From: a bacterium
GTDB taxonomy: Bacteria > Hinthialibacterota > Hinthialibacteria > Hinthialibacterales > Hinthialibacteraceae
Direction of reading: 5' to 3'
DNA length: 64,000 bases
NCBI GenBank assembly: GCA_041946805.1
Contig: JBHGBC010000006.1
Location: 1-64,000 of the forward strand
Numbering within the stretch: the stretch's first letter is position 1; each line of letters starts with the position of its first letter. Below are positions 1-8,908 of this stretch, in pieces. Both the position numbers and the translations under genes were made by a program. The notes under the pieces are model-generated. The model was not told the origin of the DNA and ran no database searches. It saw only the letters and a program-made list of their open reading frames with translations.

Positions 1-84
1 AGGGGCGGACCTTGGTGTCCGCCCGAATCATCGAGTGGATGGAATGCCTTTTTCACCAGTTGGTTCACGCATGCCGGATGATCC
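1..84. repeat. Right part of a modular MITE-like repeat (GGGGCGGACC..GTCCGCCC palindrome plus CCGGATGATCC end)
   Basis: Bases 1-32 are the reverse complement of the module at about 31332-31363; ends in a variant of the family terminus CGGATGAACC. Confidence 0.65.
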
Positions 85-107
85 TCTTTTTTAGCTGATG
101 GATTTAT

Positions 108-1325
108 TTAAATTCTTGATGATGCGTATTTCCTCGAGCTCACGCACAGTTCCAAAAACGCCTCCACCCGGACGCGGAGGTGGGCCGTATCGGAAGGGGA
201 GTAATCCGTCTCCAGTTTCAAGTAAGGAAGATTCCAGCGTTCCCGCGCGGCCTGGCGGATGAGGGTGGATTCCAGGTTGTATGTGTGGCAGGCCTGCCAA
301 GCCAAGTCGATGATTCCCCACGGCCGGAAATCGTGGATGAGCCGGCCGAGCAGTTCGATCCGGCCCCGGTTGGGAGTCAGGCAGGAGCACGGCATATCGA
401 AATAGTAACGGGCCAGCGATTCCAGCGGATTTCCATTCAACGGCATATCATCCCGGATGGGTTTGAGTCCCGTGCAGTTTTCTTGCGCCACCACCACGCC
501 GCCCGCCTGTTCAATGACCTTCATAACCTTCTCCGCGCCGTGCGGGTGGGGCACGCCGGTGAGCAGCAGCCGGGGCCGCCCGGCATACGGAGAGGGGCGC
601 CGCCGCGCCCACGCGATGACCTCCCGGTACGCGTCCAGGTCGGCGGGAATCAGGGAGACGATGCTTTTGAGATTCAGGATTTCGCCACCACTGAGCAAAG
701 GAGGATCCTCCGCCGCCAGGTAGGCGATTTCCCTCCGCAGGCGGCGTTCTTCGTTCAAGCGTGCGATGGCCGCCGCCAGGTTTTCGCTGGTGATCGTATT
801 TCCCGTCAGTTCCTCGACACGCCGTTTGAGCGACTCGATTTCGCGCAGCCAGTGAACGAAGGCGGCGGATTCGTCCGGTTTTTGCGGCAGTTCCAGGACG
901 AAAACCGGCCGCGCGCGGCCCAGCAATTCGTACATCTTTTTTTTGCCGTCGCAGGTGGTCTCGGCGGCCAACAGATCGGCCATCTCCAGGAACGGATTGG
1001 AACGCAGAAGGGCGTGGCCGTAGCTGGATTTGATCAGCGGGCACAGGTTGGCGGGGAGTTCTTTTTCCGCCTCGGCGATGGTGGCTTCCTGCCCGCCGCA
1101 CATGCACACGGGAACCATGCCGGCGGCGTAGAAGATCTCGCGGGGGGTGTATTCGCAGAAGATCCCGGCGATCATCCGCCCCCGGGCCTTGGCTTCCTTC
1201 ACAAACGCCAGGGCGTGGGGAATCATGCGGTCGAAACGGTTCAAGGGATTGACTTCGGAAGAGGGCGCGGACGTTGCGGAACCGGATGAAGGCCGGTGGT
1301 CAGAGCCGCAAGCGTTTGGATCCAT
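108..1325 (-). CDS. Double-cubane cluster protein / 2-hydroxyacyl-CoA dehydratase D-family Fe-S protein (YjiM-like)
   Basis: Motifs FCEYTPRE, CMCGG, NLCPLIKSSY, ETTCDGKKKMYE, ENCTG, PCSC, ACHTY, LETDYS. Start at 1325 has GGAGG 8 nt upstream; an alternative ATG at 1343 overlaps the selA stop. Confidence 0.85.
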   Translation of the reverse strand: MDPNACGSDHRPSSGSATSAPSSEVNPLNRFDRMIPHALAFVKEAKARGRMIAGIFCEYTPREIFYAAGMVPVCMCGGQEATIAEAEKELPANLCPLIKSSYGHALLRSNPFLEMADLLAAETTCDGKKKMYELLGRARPVFVLELPQKPDESAAFVHWLREIESLKRRVEELTGNTITSENLAAAIARLNEERRLRREIAYLAAEDPPLLSGGEILNLKSIVSLIPADLDAYREVIAWARRRPSPYAGRPRLLLTGVPHPHGAEKVMKVIEQAGGVVVAQENCTGLKPIRDDMPLNGNPLESLARYYFDMPCSCLTPNRGRIELLGRLIHDFRPWGIIDLAWQACHTYNLESTLIRQAARERWNLPYLKLETDYSPSDTAHLRVRVEAFLELCVSSRKYASSRI

Positions 1326-1342
1326 TGGATCATCCTCCCCCA

Positions 1343-2731
1343 TCAAGGGCATCCGGTTGGATTCACGGCGCGTTGGACGGCCGCCGCGATGCGTTCGTCA
1401 TCGCCCTCCAGCAGGGTGCGGACATCGATGCAGACCCGGCCGCCACGGACGACTGCCACCACCGGGGGATCGCCCATCCGGAGCCGCCGGGCCAGATCCC
1501 CGGCGGAAAAGGCCTCGTGCCGCAAGGCGAGCAGGGCGGTTTTGAGTTTCCAATCCGGCAGCGATCCTCCCCCGCACGCGCTTTCCCCCGCAATGACTTC
1601 TCCCGGGATGAAGGGAGAGATCCGTTTGAGAAGGGCCAGCGCCCGCGCGTGCAGTTTGGGGTACGGAACGGTCAGCATGCGCAGGATGGGATGCGTCTGC
1701 TCCAAGGTTTCGGGATTCAGAAACAGTTTCAGCGTGGCCTCGAGGGCGGCGATGGTGAATTTCCCCACCCGCAGCGCCCGCGCCAGGGGATGCTTGCGGA
1801 TGAGATCGATGTATTTCCGCCGGCCCACGATGATCCCCGATTGCGGCCCTCCGATCAGTTTGTCTCCGCTGAAAAGCGCCACGTCGGCCCCCGCCCGCAG
1901 GCTATCTTGGACGGCAGGCTCGGGGGGGAGCCCGTAGGCCGGCAGGTCCACCAGCGCCCCGCAGCCCAGGTCGTCCACCAGGATCAGGTCCCGTCCTTGT
2001 TTGATTTCCGCCAGTTCGGCGGTGCTCACCTGCCGGGTGAAGCCGGTGATCCGGTAATTACTGGGATTCACGCGCAACAGCACGCGCGTATCTTCGGTGA
2101 TGGCGTTTTCGTAATCCCGCGGGTGGGTTTTGTTGGTGGTCCCCACCTCCACCATCCGCGCGCCGCTTTGGGCGATGACGTCCGGCAACCGGAACGATCC
2201 CCCGATTTCGATGAGCTGGCCGCGGGAAACGATCACTTCCCGGCCCGCGCACAACGACGACAGCACCAGCAGAGTGGCGGCCGCGTTGTTGTTCACCACC
2301 GTGGCCGCCTCCGCCCCGGTGATCCGCCGCAGCAGGTTCTCCACGCCCGCATCCCGCCGTCCGCGCCGGCCGCTCTCCAGATCGATCTGCAGGCCGCAAT
2401 AGCCATCCAAATCCGCCACCGCCGCCATGGCCGCCCTTGGCAGGACGGCGCGTCCCAGGTTCGTGTGCAGAACGATCCCCGTGCCGTTCACCACGCGGCG
2501 CAGGCCAAGGTGCTCGAGAGACTCCAACTCCGCCCGCAGGCGCGCCAGGATTTCGTCCCGTTCGGGAATAGACACGTCATCCGCCCGGGCGCGGAAGTCA
2601 TCCAACACCCGCCGCGCCGCGTCCACCTTTAGGGCATGAGAAGTCCCCGCCGGGGGAGACTGCGCGTCGAGCATCTGGACGAGAGCGTCCACCGAAGGTA
2701 ATTTCCGGCGGGGGTCGAGTGTGTCGTTCAT
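1343..2731 (-). CDS. selA: L-seryl-tRNA(Sec) selenium transferase
   Basis: VVNGTGIVLHTNLGRA, VNNNAAA, VSRGQLIEIGGSFRLPD, EVGTTNKTH, PLP-lysine motif FSGDKLIGGPQ. Confidence 0.97.
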   Translation of the reverse strand: MNDTLDPRRKLPSVDALVQMLDAQSPPAGTSHALKVDAARRVLDDFRARADDVSIPERDEILARLRAELESLEHLGLRRVVNGTGIVLHTNLGRAVLPRAAMAAVADLDGYCGLQIDLESGRRGRRDAGVENLLRRITGAEAATVVNNNAAATLLVLSSLCAGREVIVSRGQLIEIGGSFRLPDVIAQSGARMVEVGTTNKTHPRDYENAITEDTRVLLRVNPSNYRITGFTRQVSTAELAEIKQGRDLILVDDLGCGALVDLPAYGLPPEPAVQDSLRAGADVALFSGDKLIGGPQSGIIVGRRKYIDLIRKHPLARALRVGKFTIAALEATLKLFLNPETLEQTHPILRMLTVPYPKLHARALALLKRISPFIPGEVIAGESACGGGSLPDWKLKTALLALRHEAFSAGDLARRLRMGDPPVVAVVRGGRVCIDVRTLLEGDDERIAAAVQRAVNPTGCP

Positions 2732-3267
2732 GATTCTATCATTGATACCGGATTCAAATTCGGTGAATCCGGGAAGATAGTATGGTTAGGCCACGTTTTG
2801 CTTTGAGCCCTCCCTGCGCCTGCTGATTCCTGCGGTGTAGGTCTTTTTTTCCATAGCCAGGGGAATCCCTGGGCAGAATGGAAGCCATTGGGATACTCCG
2901 GATCGGACGAGGATTCCGCCGGGTAGATTTCCTCCGGCTGGCATGCCTTGCCGCCGTTCGCGCCGGCGAAGAGGAGCGGGGGAAGGGATAGCGTAATGCA
3001 TGCCAGATCTTCCGCTCCGCCGCGCCACAAGGCACCGTGGAACCTGTCTTCCGGATTGGGTTTTTCCATACGCATTTCCGCCGGTTTTTCCAGGAGAATG
3101 CCGTATGGATCGAGGGGCCGGGGGGTGGCGGTTTCCGCGGGAGGGATGTCGGCTAATTTCAAGGTCCCGCCCTCCGTGAACACAAACCTGGTTCCGGCGG
3201 ACAGGTCAAGAAGGAAGATGCCGGTCAAAGGATGCCGAAGACGCATGCCGTTCCCCGCAAGATGAAA

Positions 3268-3363
3268 TGGCGGAGGTGAATGGGAGTCGAACCCACCTGC
3301 CACGCGTGGCGCGGCAACGACGGTTTTGAAGACCGCGGGGACCACCGGGCCCCTCCCACCTCC
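3268..3363 (-). tRNA. selC: tRNA-Sec (anticodon UCA)
   Basis: 96 nt; 8-bp acceptor GGAGGTGG/TCACCTCC, G discriminator plus CCA, 6-bp D stem, anticodon loop CTTCAAA, long variable arm, 5-bp T stem with TTCGACT; lies between selB and selA. Confidence 0.96.
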
Positions 3364-3394
3364 CCGGCCAACTGCATTAAAAAATCAAGATTCC

Positions 3395-3403
3395 ATTGTA
3401 GCA
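3395..3403 (-). promoter_or_regulatory. Extended -10 element (TGcTACAAT) upstream of selC
   Basis: TGnTACAAT about 30 nt upstream of the tRNA 5' end. Confidence 0.5.
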
Positions 3404-3616
3404 TAGGATTTGTTCAGGATTGATATGCCCTGGATTGAAATCCTGGATTGCCGCCGGAGAAGAAGTGGCTGTGGCGGTCTGCGCTGCGCTTTGAGCCCGC
3501 CCCGCGGCGCTGGTGGTGGGCTTCGCGAGGCTAAATCCACCCAGCGGTTCTGCATGACACAAGTTCTTGTCCCCAATGCGGCGAATGCGCCCGCGTCTGC
3601 CTCCGCGCGGGCCGCC

Positions 3617-5584
3617 TTACCGGTTCGTTCGCGGGCCATCCCCGCCGTCCGGAGCCTTCTCCCCGGGCTCTCCCAAATGCCGGAATCCACCCACCCTCCG
3701 GGTGACGCCGATTTCGTCAAAATAATCCAACAGGGGAATCGCGTATTTCCGGCTGCTTTGGATAAGGTTCTTGAAGAGATGTGTTGCGAACGGCCCGTCC
3801 CGCCGGATGGCCGCGATCAGTTCATCCCGCGCCCAGCGCACGTGCTCGTCATGCAGATAGACAGACTCCGCGAGACGGACGATCCGCCCGGTCTCCACCA
3901 AAAACCGCAATGCCGCCTCGACCGCCGGGAGAGGTTGTTTCACCGTTTCCGATAATACTTTCGGCGATGGAGTTTGAAACCGTTCCCGGATCAGGATCTC
4001 TTCCACCCGGGCGGCCAAGCGCATGAACCGGGGATCCACGCCGGGAGCCCGGGCGGAACGGTAGATCGTTCCGCTGCGGATCACCCGCTTTTCCTCCACC
4101 ATCCGTGCGAGGACCGGTTCCAACAAGGGCTGCGCTTCGGGAAGCGATTGCGCGATTTCAATCGCGGAGAAACCGAACCGCCGGGGATCGCGCTGGTGGA
4201 GATCCCGCAGCATATTTTCGATCGGATCGCAGGCTTGTGAGAACGCGCGGCATGACAGAATGGACCGCGGATTGAGACGGAGGATCTTCCGGCTGGACTC
4301 CAGTTCGGCCAAGACGGGAATGACTTCTTCCCGGCGCAAACCCGCGGCCTGGGCCAGATCTTCCTCCGAGAAACTGGAAAAAGGTTTCTCCTCCAGCAGC
4401 GAAAGAATCAAGCCGGAATCGGAATCCAGGGCTTGCCTTCGTTCCTCGAGCCGCTGCGCTAGAGCATGGTTTCTCCGTTTGCATCGCGGGGGGCGGCATT
4501 CCAGAATCACGCCGCCGGCCAAGGTCACGGCGGGTGATTCCAGCCGGAGGAGGAAGCGGTCCCGCAAAAATGCGCATACCGGCCGGTCCAGTTCGATTTG
4601 CGCGAAGGCTTCTTCGCCGGCTTGGAGCTCATCGCGTACCAGCAGGCGGACCTTGCCCGGGGTTTCCGAAGTTCCCGTGTGGAAATGAATCCGGACGGCA
4701 TGGGTCAGGGGCTTGTCCAGAAACCGCGAAGCCCGCAAGTGCGTGGTGAACCGGACATGGCAACCGAAACGGCCGGGCGCGCACGCCACGAAGCCCCGTT
4801 CCAGTTCATCCGGATGAACGCCGCCGAGGTTCAGCGCCACGCATTGGCCGGCGTTTCCCGTTTCGGCGCCGCTGAGATACATCTGCACCGACCGGACACG
4901 CGCGGTTTTCCCGATGGGTAGGATTTCCACGGCATCACCGGATTTCACGGCGCCGGAGGCGGCGATGCCGGTCACCACCGTGCCGTGTCCCGGCGAGGAA
5001 AAGATCCGGTCGATGGGCAGGCGGAAGACGCCGCCGGTTTTGCGCCGCTCCACCTTCTCCACGGCTTCGGCGATGCGTTCGCGCAGTGCGTCCACTCCCT
5101 CGCCGGTCAGCGAGGACACGGGTGTGAGGGAGGCGTCCGCGAAGGGCGTGGGGGCCAGAAAATTCCGGACCTCGCCGCGGGCGTCCTCCAACCGGTCCGG
5201 CGTGACCAGGTCGGTCTTGTTCAACGCGACCAGCAAATGACGGACGCCCAGCAGTTCCACGATGTCGAGATGCTCGCGGGTTTGCGGCATCACACCATCA
5301 TCCGCGGCCACCACCAGCAGGGCGATGTCGATCCCCATCGCGGCTGCCACCATTTTGCGGACGAATTTCTCGTGTCCGGGAACATCCACGATCCCCACAC
5401 GGCCGGCCGCGAGATAGCATGGCGCGTAGCCCAGTTCGATAGACATCCCGCGTTCTTTCTCTTCCTTGAGGCGGTCAGTGTCGCAGCCGGTCAACATTTT
5501 AACCAGTTCGGTTTTACCGTGGTCGATATGGCCGGCCACGCCGATCATGATGTTGAGAACGGCAGGAGGCTGGAGGTGGATCAT
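3617..5584 (-). CDS. selB: Selenocysteine-specific elongation factor
   Basis: [36 protein letters not shown]-terminal winged-helix [16 protein letters not shown] at 5584 overlaps the activase stop (ATGA); the ORF-track start at 5977 is an over-extension. Confidence 0.96.
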   Translation of the reverse strand: MIHLQPPAVLNIMIGVAGHIDHGKTELVKMLTGCDTDRLKEEKERGMSIELGYAPCYLAAGRVGIVDVPGHEKFVRKMVAAAMGIDIALLVVAADDGVMPQTREHLDIVELLGVRHLLVALNKTDLVTPDRLEDARGEVRNFLAPTPFADASLTPVSSLTGEGVDALRERIAEAVEKVERRKTGGVFRLPIDRIFSSPGHGTVVTGIAASGAVKSGDAVEILPIGKTARVRSVQMYLSGAETGNAGQCVALNLGGVHPDELERGFVACAPGRFGCHVRFTTHLRASRFLDKPLTHAVRIHFHTGTSETPGKVRLLVRDELQAGEEAFAQIELDRPVCAFLRDRFLLRLESPAVTLAGGVILECRPPRCKRRNHALAQRLEERRQALDSDSGLILSLLEEKPFSSFSEEDLAQAAGLRREEVIPVLAELESSRKILRLNPRSILSCRAFSQACDPIENMLRDLHQRDPRRFGFSAIEIAQSLPEAQPLLEPVLARMVEEKRVIRSGTIYRSARAPGVDPRFMRLAARVEEILIRERFQTPSPKVLSETVKQPLPAVEAALRFLVETGRIVRLAESVYLHDEHVRWARDELIAAIRRDGPFATHLFKNLIQSSRKYAIPLLDYFDEIGVTRRVGGFRHLGEPGEKAPDGGDGPRTNR

Positions 5585-6357
5585 CCTCTCTCTCCGGCCA
5601 AGATCGCCGCACCGAGCGCGCCCGTCAGGAGTGGAGCCGTGGCTGCAAACACCGGCTGGTTCAAGACGCGTTGCAAAGCCTGGACCATGCCGGGAACCAG
5701 GGCCACTCCGCCGGTGAAGACGATAGGATCGGCCACGTTCCTGCCGGCCAACACGCCGACCCGCGTGGCGATGGAGGCCAGGATGCCCGCGACGATGTCT
5801 TCGGGGGGAACGCCGGACGCGAGCAATCCGATGATTTCCGTTTCGGCGAATACGGCGCACTGGCTGCTGATGCGGGAGGGATTCCGGCCGCGCCGGGCCA
5901 GATCGTCCAATCCGTCCAGCGTCAGGCCCATCCGGGCGGCGGCCATTTCCAGAAACCGGCCGGTTCCCGCGGCGCACCGGTCGTTCATAAAAAAATTCCG
6001 GACGCCTCCCGCGTCGTTCAGCAGGAGAACTTTGCTGTCCTGCCCCCCGATTTCGATTACCGTGCGGGCTTCCGGATGCAGATGGCGCACACCCCGGGCG
6101 TGGCAGGTGATTTCCGTGATCGTGGCATCCGCCAGGGAGACGAGGTTCCGTCCATAGCCGGTAGCCACGATCCGTTGGACATCGCCGCGCTGCAACCCCT
6201 GGCCGCGCACCAAGTCATGAAACAATTGAATGGCCAAGGCGTTCTGGTCCACGCCCTGATCCACGCAACCGGACCGCAGGATGGCATGCGTGCCGGCGTC
6301 CAGCAAGACCATTTTAAGGGAACGGCTCCCCGCGTCGACTCCGGCGCAAATTCTCAT
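5581..6357 (-). CDS. ATP-dependent activase / archerase (HgdC/YjiL/DCCP-reductase family, single ASKHA domain)
   Basis: [61 protein letters not shown]. Confidence 0.92.
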   Translation of the reverse strand: MRICAGVDAGSRSLKMVLLDAGTHAILRSGCVDQGVDQNALAIQLFHDLVRGQGLQRGDVQRIVATGYGRNLVSLADATITEITCHARGVRHLHPEARTVIEIGGQDSKVLLLNDAGGVRNFFMNDRCAAGTGRFLEMAAARMGLTLDGLDDLARRGRNPSRISSQCAVFAETEIIGLLASGVPPEDIVAGILASIATRVGVLAGRNVADPIVFTGGVALVPGMVQALQRVLNQPVFAATAPLLTGALGAAILAGERG

Positions 6358-6596
6358 CGTGGTTTCCGGCGAAGCCGAATCACACAAATCCGGCTTATCC
6401 TTATGGGAATTCGGATTACATTCCTTCAGCCGCTTTTTCGGCTCAATTTTCACCGAAACCGGCAATGAATACGTGCTGCGTGAACAGATATTCCCTTCCT
6501 GGGAGGGCACGGGCTGACATAAGGGTTCGCCCCTGCCTAAATTTCTTTTATCGAAGCCCTCTTCCTAAGAACTTGTCTTCAAGGATGACAGGATAT

Positions 6597-6839
6597 TGTT
6601 CATCCGATAAGTGCGTACATGTTCCGGGAGCGTGACCGGTCATCGATTCGACGGATTGGAGTGAGCGTCCCCCCTCTCCCTCTGGGAGAGGGCCAGGGTG
6701 AGGGCAAGCCTTTCCTCGGCGCCGATCCCCTCGGCGGATTCCGAAACGCTAGGGGGCAAGAAAATTATTCTCCTTCGGTTTGGAGTCAGGGTATGGAGGA
6801 ACAATTTTCTCCCTCCTGTACGCATTTGCCGGATGTAGC
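6597..6839. mobile_element. MITE-like element, copy A (about 245 bp)
   Basis: Imperfect terminal inverted repeats (GTTCATCCGATAAGTGCGTACA ... TGTACGCATTTGCCGGATG); colinear with the copy at 51019-51266; no coding capacity. Confidence 0.75.
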
Positions 6840-6885
6840 TGGAATTTCCTTCTTTCCGGCCCACTCCCGGGGGGAATGGTATTGT

Positions 6886-6965
6886 GGGAGGGCGAACCTC
6901 CGGGAGAACCGCGGAGACCCGGGAGCATCTCGAATGGAGAGGGCTCGGCGGGAGCCTCGGCCTTC
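6886..6965. repeat. REP-like inverted pair (GGGAGGGCGA..CTCC type)
   Basis: Related units at about 30259-30283 and 40052-40075. Confidence 0.55.
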
Positions 6966-7033
6966 CATCACTGGCTTCTGCTTGGATCGTTTCAAATGAT
7001 GGATATTGCCCTGCTCGATCCCCCTTATATGGC

Positions 7034-8092
7034 TTACGGCCGAAACGGCGATAACAATCCCAACCGCCAGGGGATTTCGCCGTATTTCTTCCCCGCCATT
7101 TCCTGATCCATTACCCCTTGGAACAGGAAGCGGAGGTTCGCCGGATCGATCTCCAGGCGCTGGTCGTAACCCGCGCGCAGCAGTTCTCCGTGGCTGATGG
7201 AGTCCGCCCAATGGGTTCCTGAATCCATCACGTTGGCCGTGGAGGCGAACGGCTTGTCGTACGTGTCCGCCAGGGGCAGCCATTTCCCATCGAGGCGTTC
7301 GGCGGTGTACGCCTTGTAATACCGGCGGCTGCCCCGCTGCGCCTCGATCACCGCCAGGTATTGTTCCTGATCCTGAATCCGGTAGATATGGCCGGCTTCG
7401 AAAATATCCGCCTCCAACACCGCCTCCGGCTGGCTCCATCCCTGGGGGAAATCCTCCAGCCGCGTTTCCGCCCGCCACATTTTGCCATTCAGCGAGGTGA
7501 AGAAGAGAAACATCTTGTCTTCATTGCCGATCACCCAGAAGTCGATCCACATCTCCACGTTGGGGGGATTCGTTTCGAAAAGCAATACCGGTTTGCTCCA
7601 GGACAGGGGATCGCCGAGGGTCTTCGTGGTGGAGAAAGCCGGCTGCAGTACGGGCTTGCGCGTGGGATCGCTCGCCTGGTAGATCAAATACCAGGTTTGT
7701 TGAGGGGTGAAATAAAAGACCTGCGGCGCGCAGTAATAGCCATCGGTGATCTGGAGGAAGCGCCGTTCCGCCTGCGCCGCGTGGTCCCAATCGGGAAACA
7801 TCAGGTATTCGATCTGGTGCGAGCGCTTCTGCCCGCGGACGGTGCAGAACAAATGCCAGGCGCCGTCATAGCGCACTACGCTGGGATCCTTGATCGAATA
7901 AAAGAAATCCTCCGTTCCGCTGGCGGGCGCGATCAACGGCGCGGACATTTGCCATTTGAAACCGCCGGAGAAAAGGGATTGCGCGCCGGATGAGCCTTCG
8001 CCTGCGCCGGCCGCCGGCCTCCCTCCAAGAATGAACAGAAAACACCATCCGGAGATAGCAATAGTCATACGCATTTTTCGAAAATGGATCAT
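7034..8092 (-). CDS. Secreted alpha-L-arabinofuranosidase, GH62-like
   Basis: Signal-peptide-like N-terminus; SIKDPSVV, CAPQVFYF, WIDFWVI, IFEA, SISHGELLRAG motifs. Confidence 0.8.
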   Translation of the reverse strand: MIHFRKMRMTIAISGWCFLFILGGRPAAGAGEGSSGAQSLFSGGFKWQMSAPLIAPASGTEDFFYSIKDPSVVRYDGAWHLFCTVRGQKRSHQIEYLMFPDWDHAAQAERRFLQITDGYYCAPQVFYFTPQQTWYLIYQASDPTRKPVLQPAFSTTKTLGDPLSWSKPVLLFETNPPNVEMWIDFWVIGNEDKMFLFFTSLNGKMWRAETRLEDFPQGWSQPEAVLEADIFEAGHIYRIQDQEQYLAVIEAQRGSRRYYKAYTAERLDGKWLPLADTYDKPFASTANVMDSGTHWADSISHGELLRAGYDQRLEIDPANLRFLFQGVMDQEMAGKKYGEIPWRLGLLSPFRP

Positions 8093-8368
8093 GATCTTTC
8101 TCTCCCTGAAAACGGTAAGACCATCTTAAAAGATTCATTCTTTCATTTTTAATGGGATTAGGAAAGGGAATTTGCAGCTATTGACTTGATTGCCGCAAAA
8201 GGTTGAATTTCACCCTTTTAGGGCATCCCTCACCCTGGCCCTCTCCCGGGGGGAGAAGGGGGGTGAGAAGGCGGGAACCGACCTCCATCCCCGCCGGGGA
8301 TGCAGTTGAGCAACCGTAGATTTTACCCTAGGGCGATGTTTGAACCGGCGGCGGCGTAATCTACGGCA

Positions 8369-8785
8369 ATGTTTGGATATTCCCTCTCCACTTTCATCAA
8401 CCGCTGGCCGCCTCGCGCCATGCCGGGTGAAGCCATCTCCCGCCAAGAGCGGATGTCCCTCTTCGGGGCCGCGCGTTGGGCTTCCTTCCCCTGCAACAAC
8501 CAGCCCTGACGGTTTCTGTACGCGGTGTGGGATACGCCGGAGTGGAGCCTGTTTTTCGATCGCATGGCCGAATTCAATCAAAGTTGGACAAAAAACGCGG
8601 CGGCTCTCATTCTCATCAATTCCAAGTAGAATTTCGATCACAACGGTCAGCTTTCCCTCACGCATTCGTTCGATACCGGGACGGCCTGGATCAGTCTGGC
8701 GTTGCAGGGATCCATGAAGGGACTGGTGGTCCACGGCATACGGGGATTCGATTCTGACAAGGCCCGGAATGTCTTGAACATCCCC
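8369..8785 (+). pseudogene. Nitroreductase-family pseudogene
   Basis: Hand translation NRWPPRAM..AARWASFPCNNQP*RFLYA..FNQSWTKNAA..SK*NFDHNG..HSFDTGTAW..LALQG..GLVVHG..GFD; stops TGA 8507 and TAG 8627; homology ends at a palindromic repeat (8779-8802). Confidence 0.85.
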
Positions 8786-8908
8786 GCTTTCGCGGGGATG
8801 ACATCATTTTCTACCCGTATTGAGATTGCCCACGATCATCTTTTGATTGAAATCCCTCCCATTTCCGGTATAAAAGAAACGCACTCTAAACAAAGGAACG
8901 GGTTTTCC

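Noticed and set aside
1343..1345. selA ending in GCP-TGA as Sec read-through
   Set aside because: SelA homology is already complete; the read-through frame is short, unrecognisable and overlaps the next gene
2855..3010. Cobalamin-riboswitch-like words (AAGCCATTGGGA, GGGAAGG)
   Set aside because: Antisense to the operon, and the remaining core elements are missing
5585..5977. 131-aa N-terminal extension of SelB in the ORF track
   Set aside because: It is an alternative frame of the activase gene; the ATGA overlap at 5581-5584 gives a normal SelB start
8507..8509. In-frame TGA near the sel locus as a possible selenocysteine codon
   Set aside because: It replaces a conserved Trp (TGG>TGA), not a Cys; the same frame has a TAG stop, other damaging changes and a truncation
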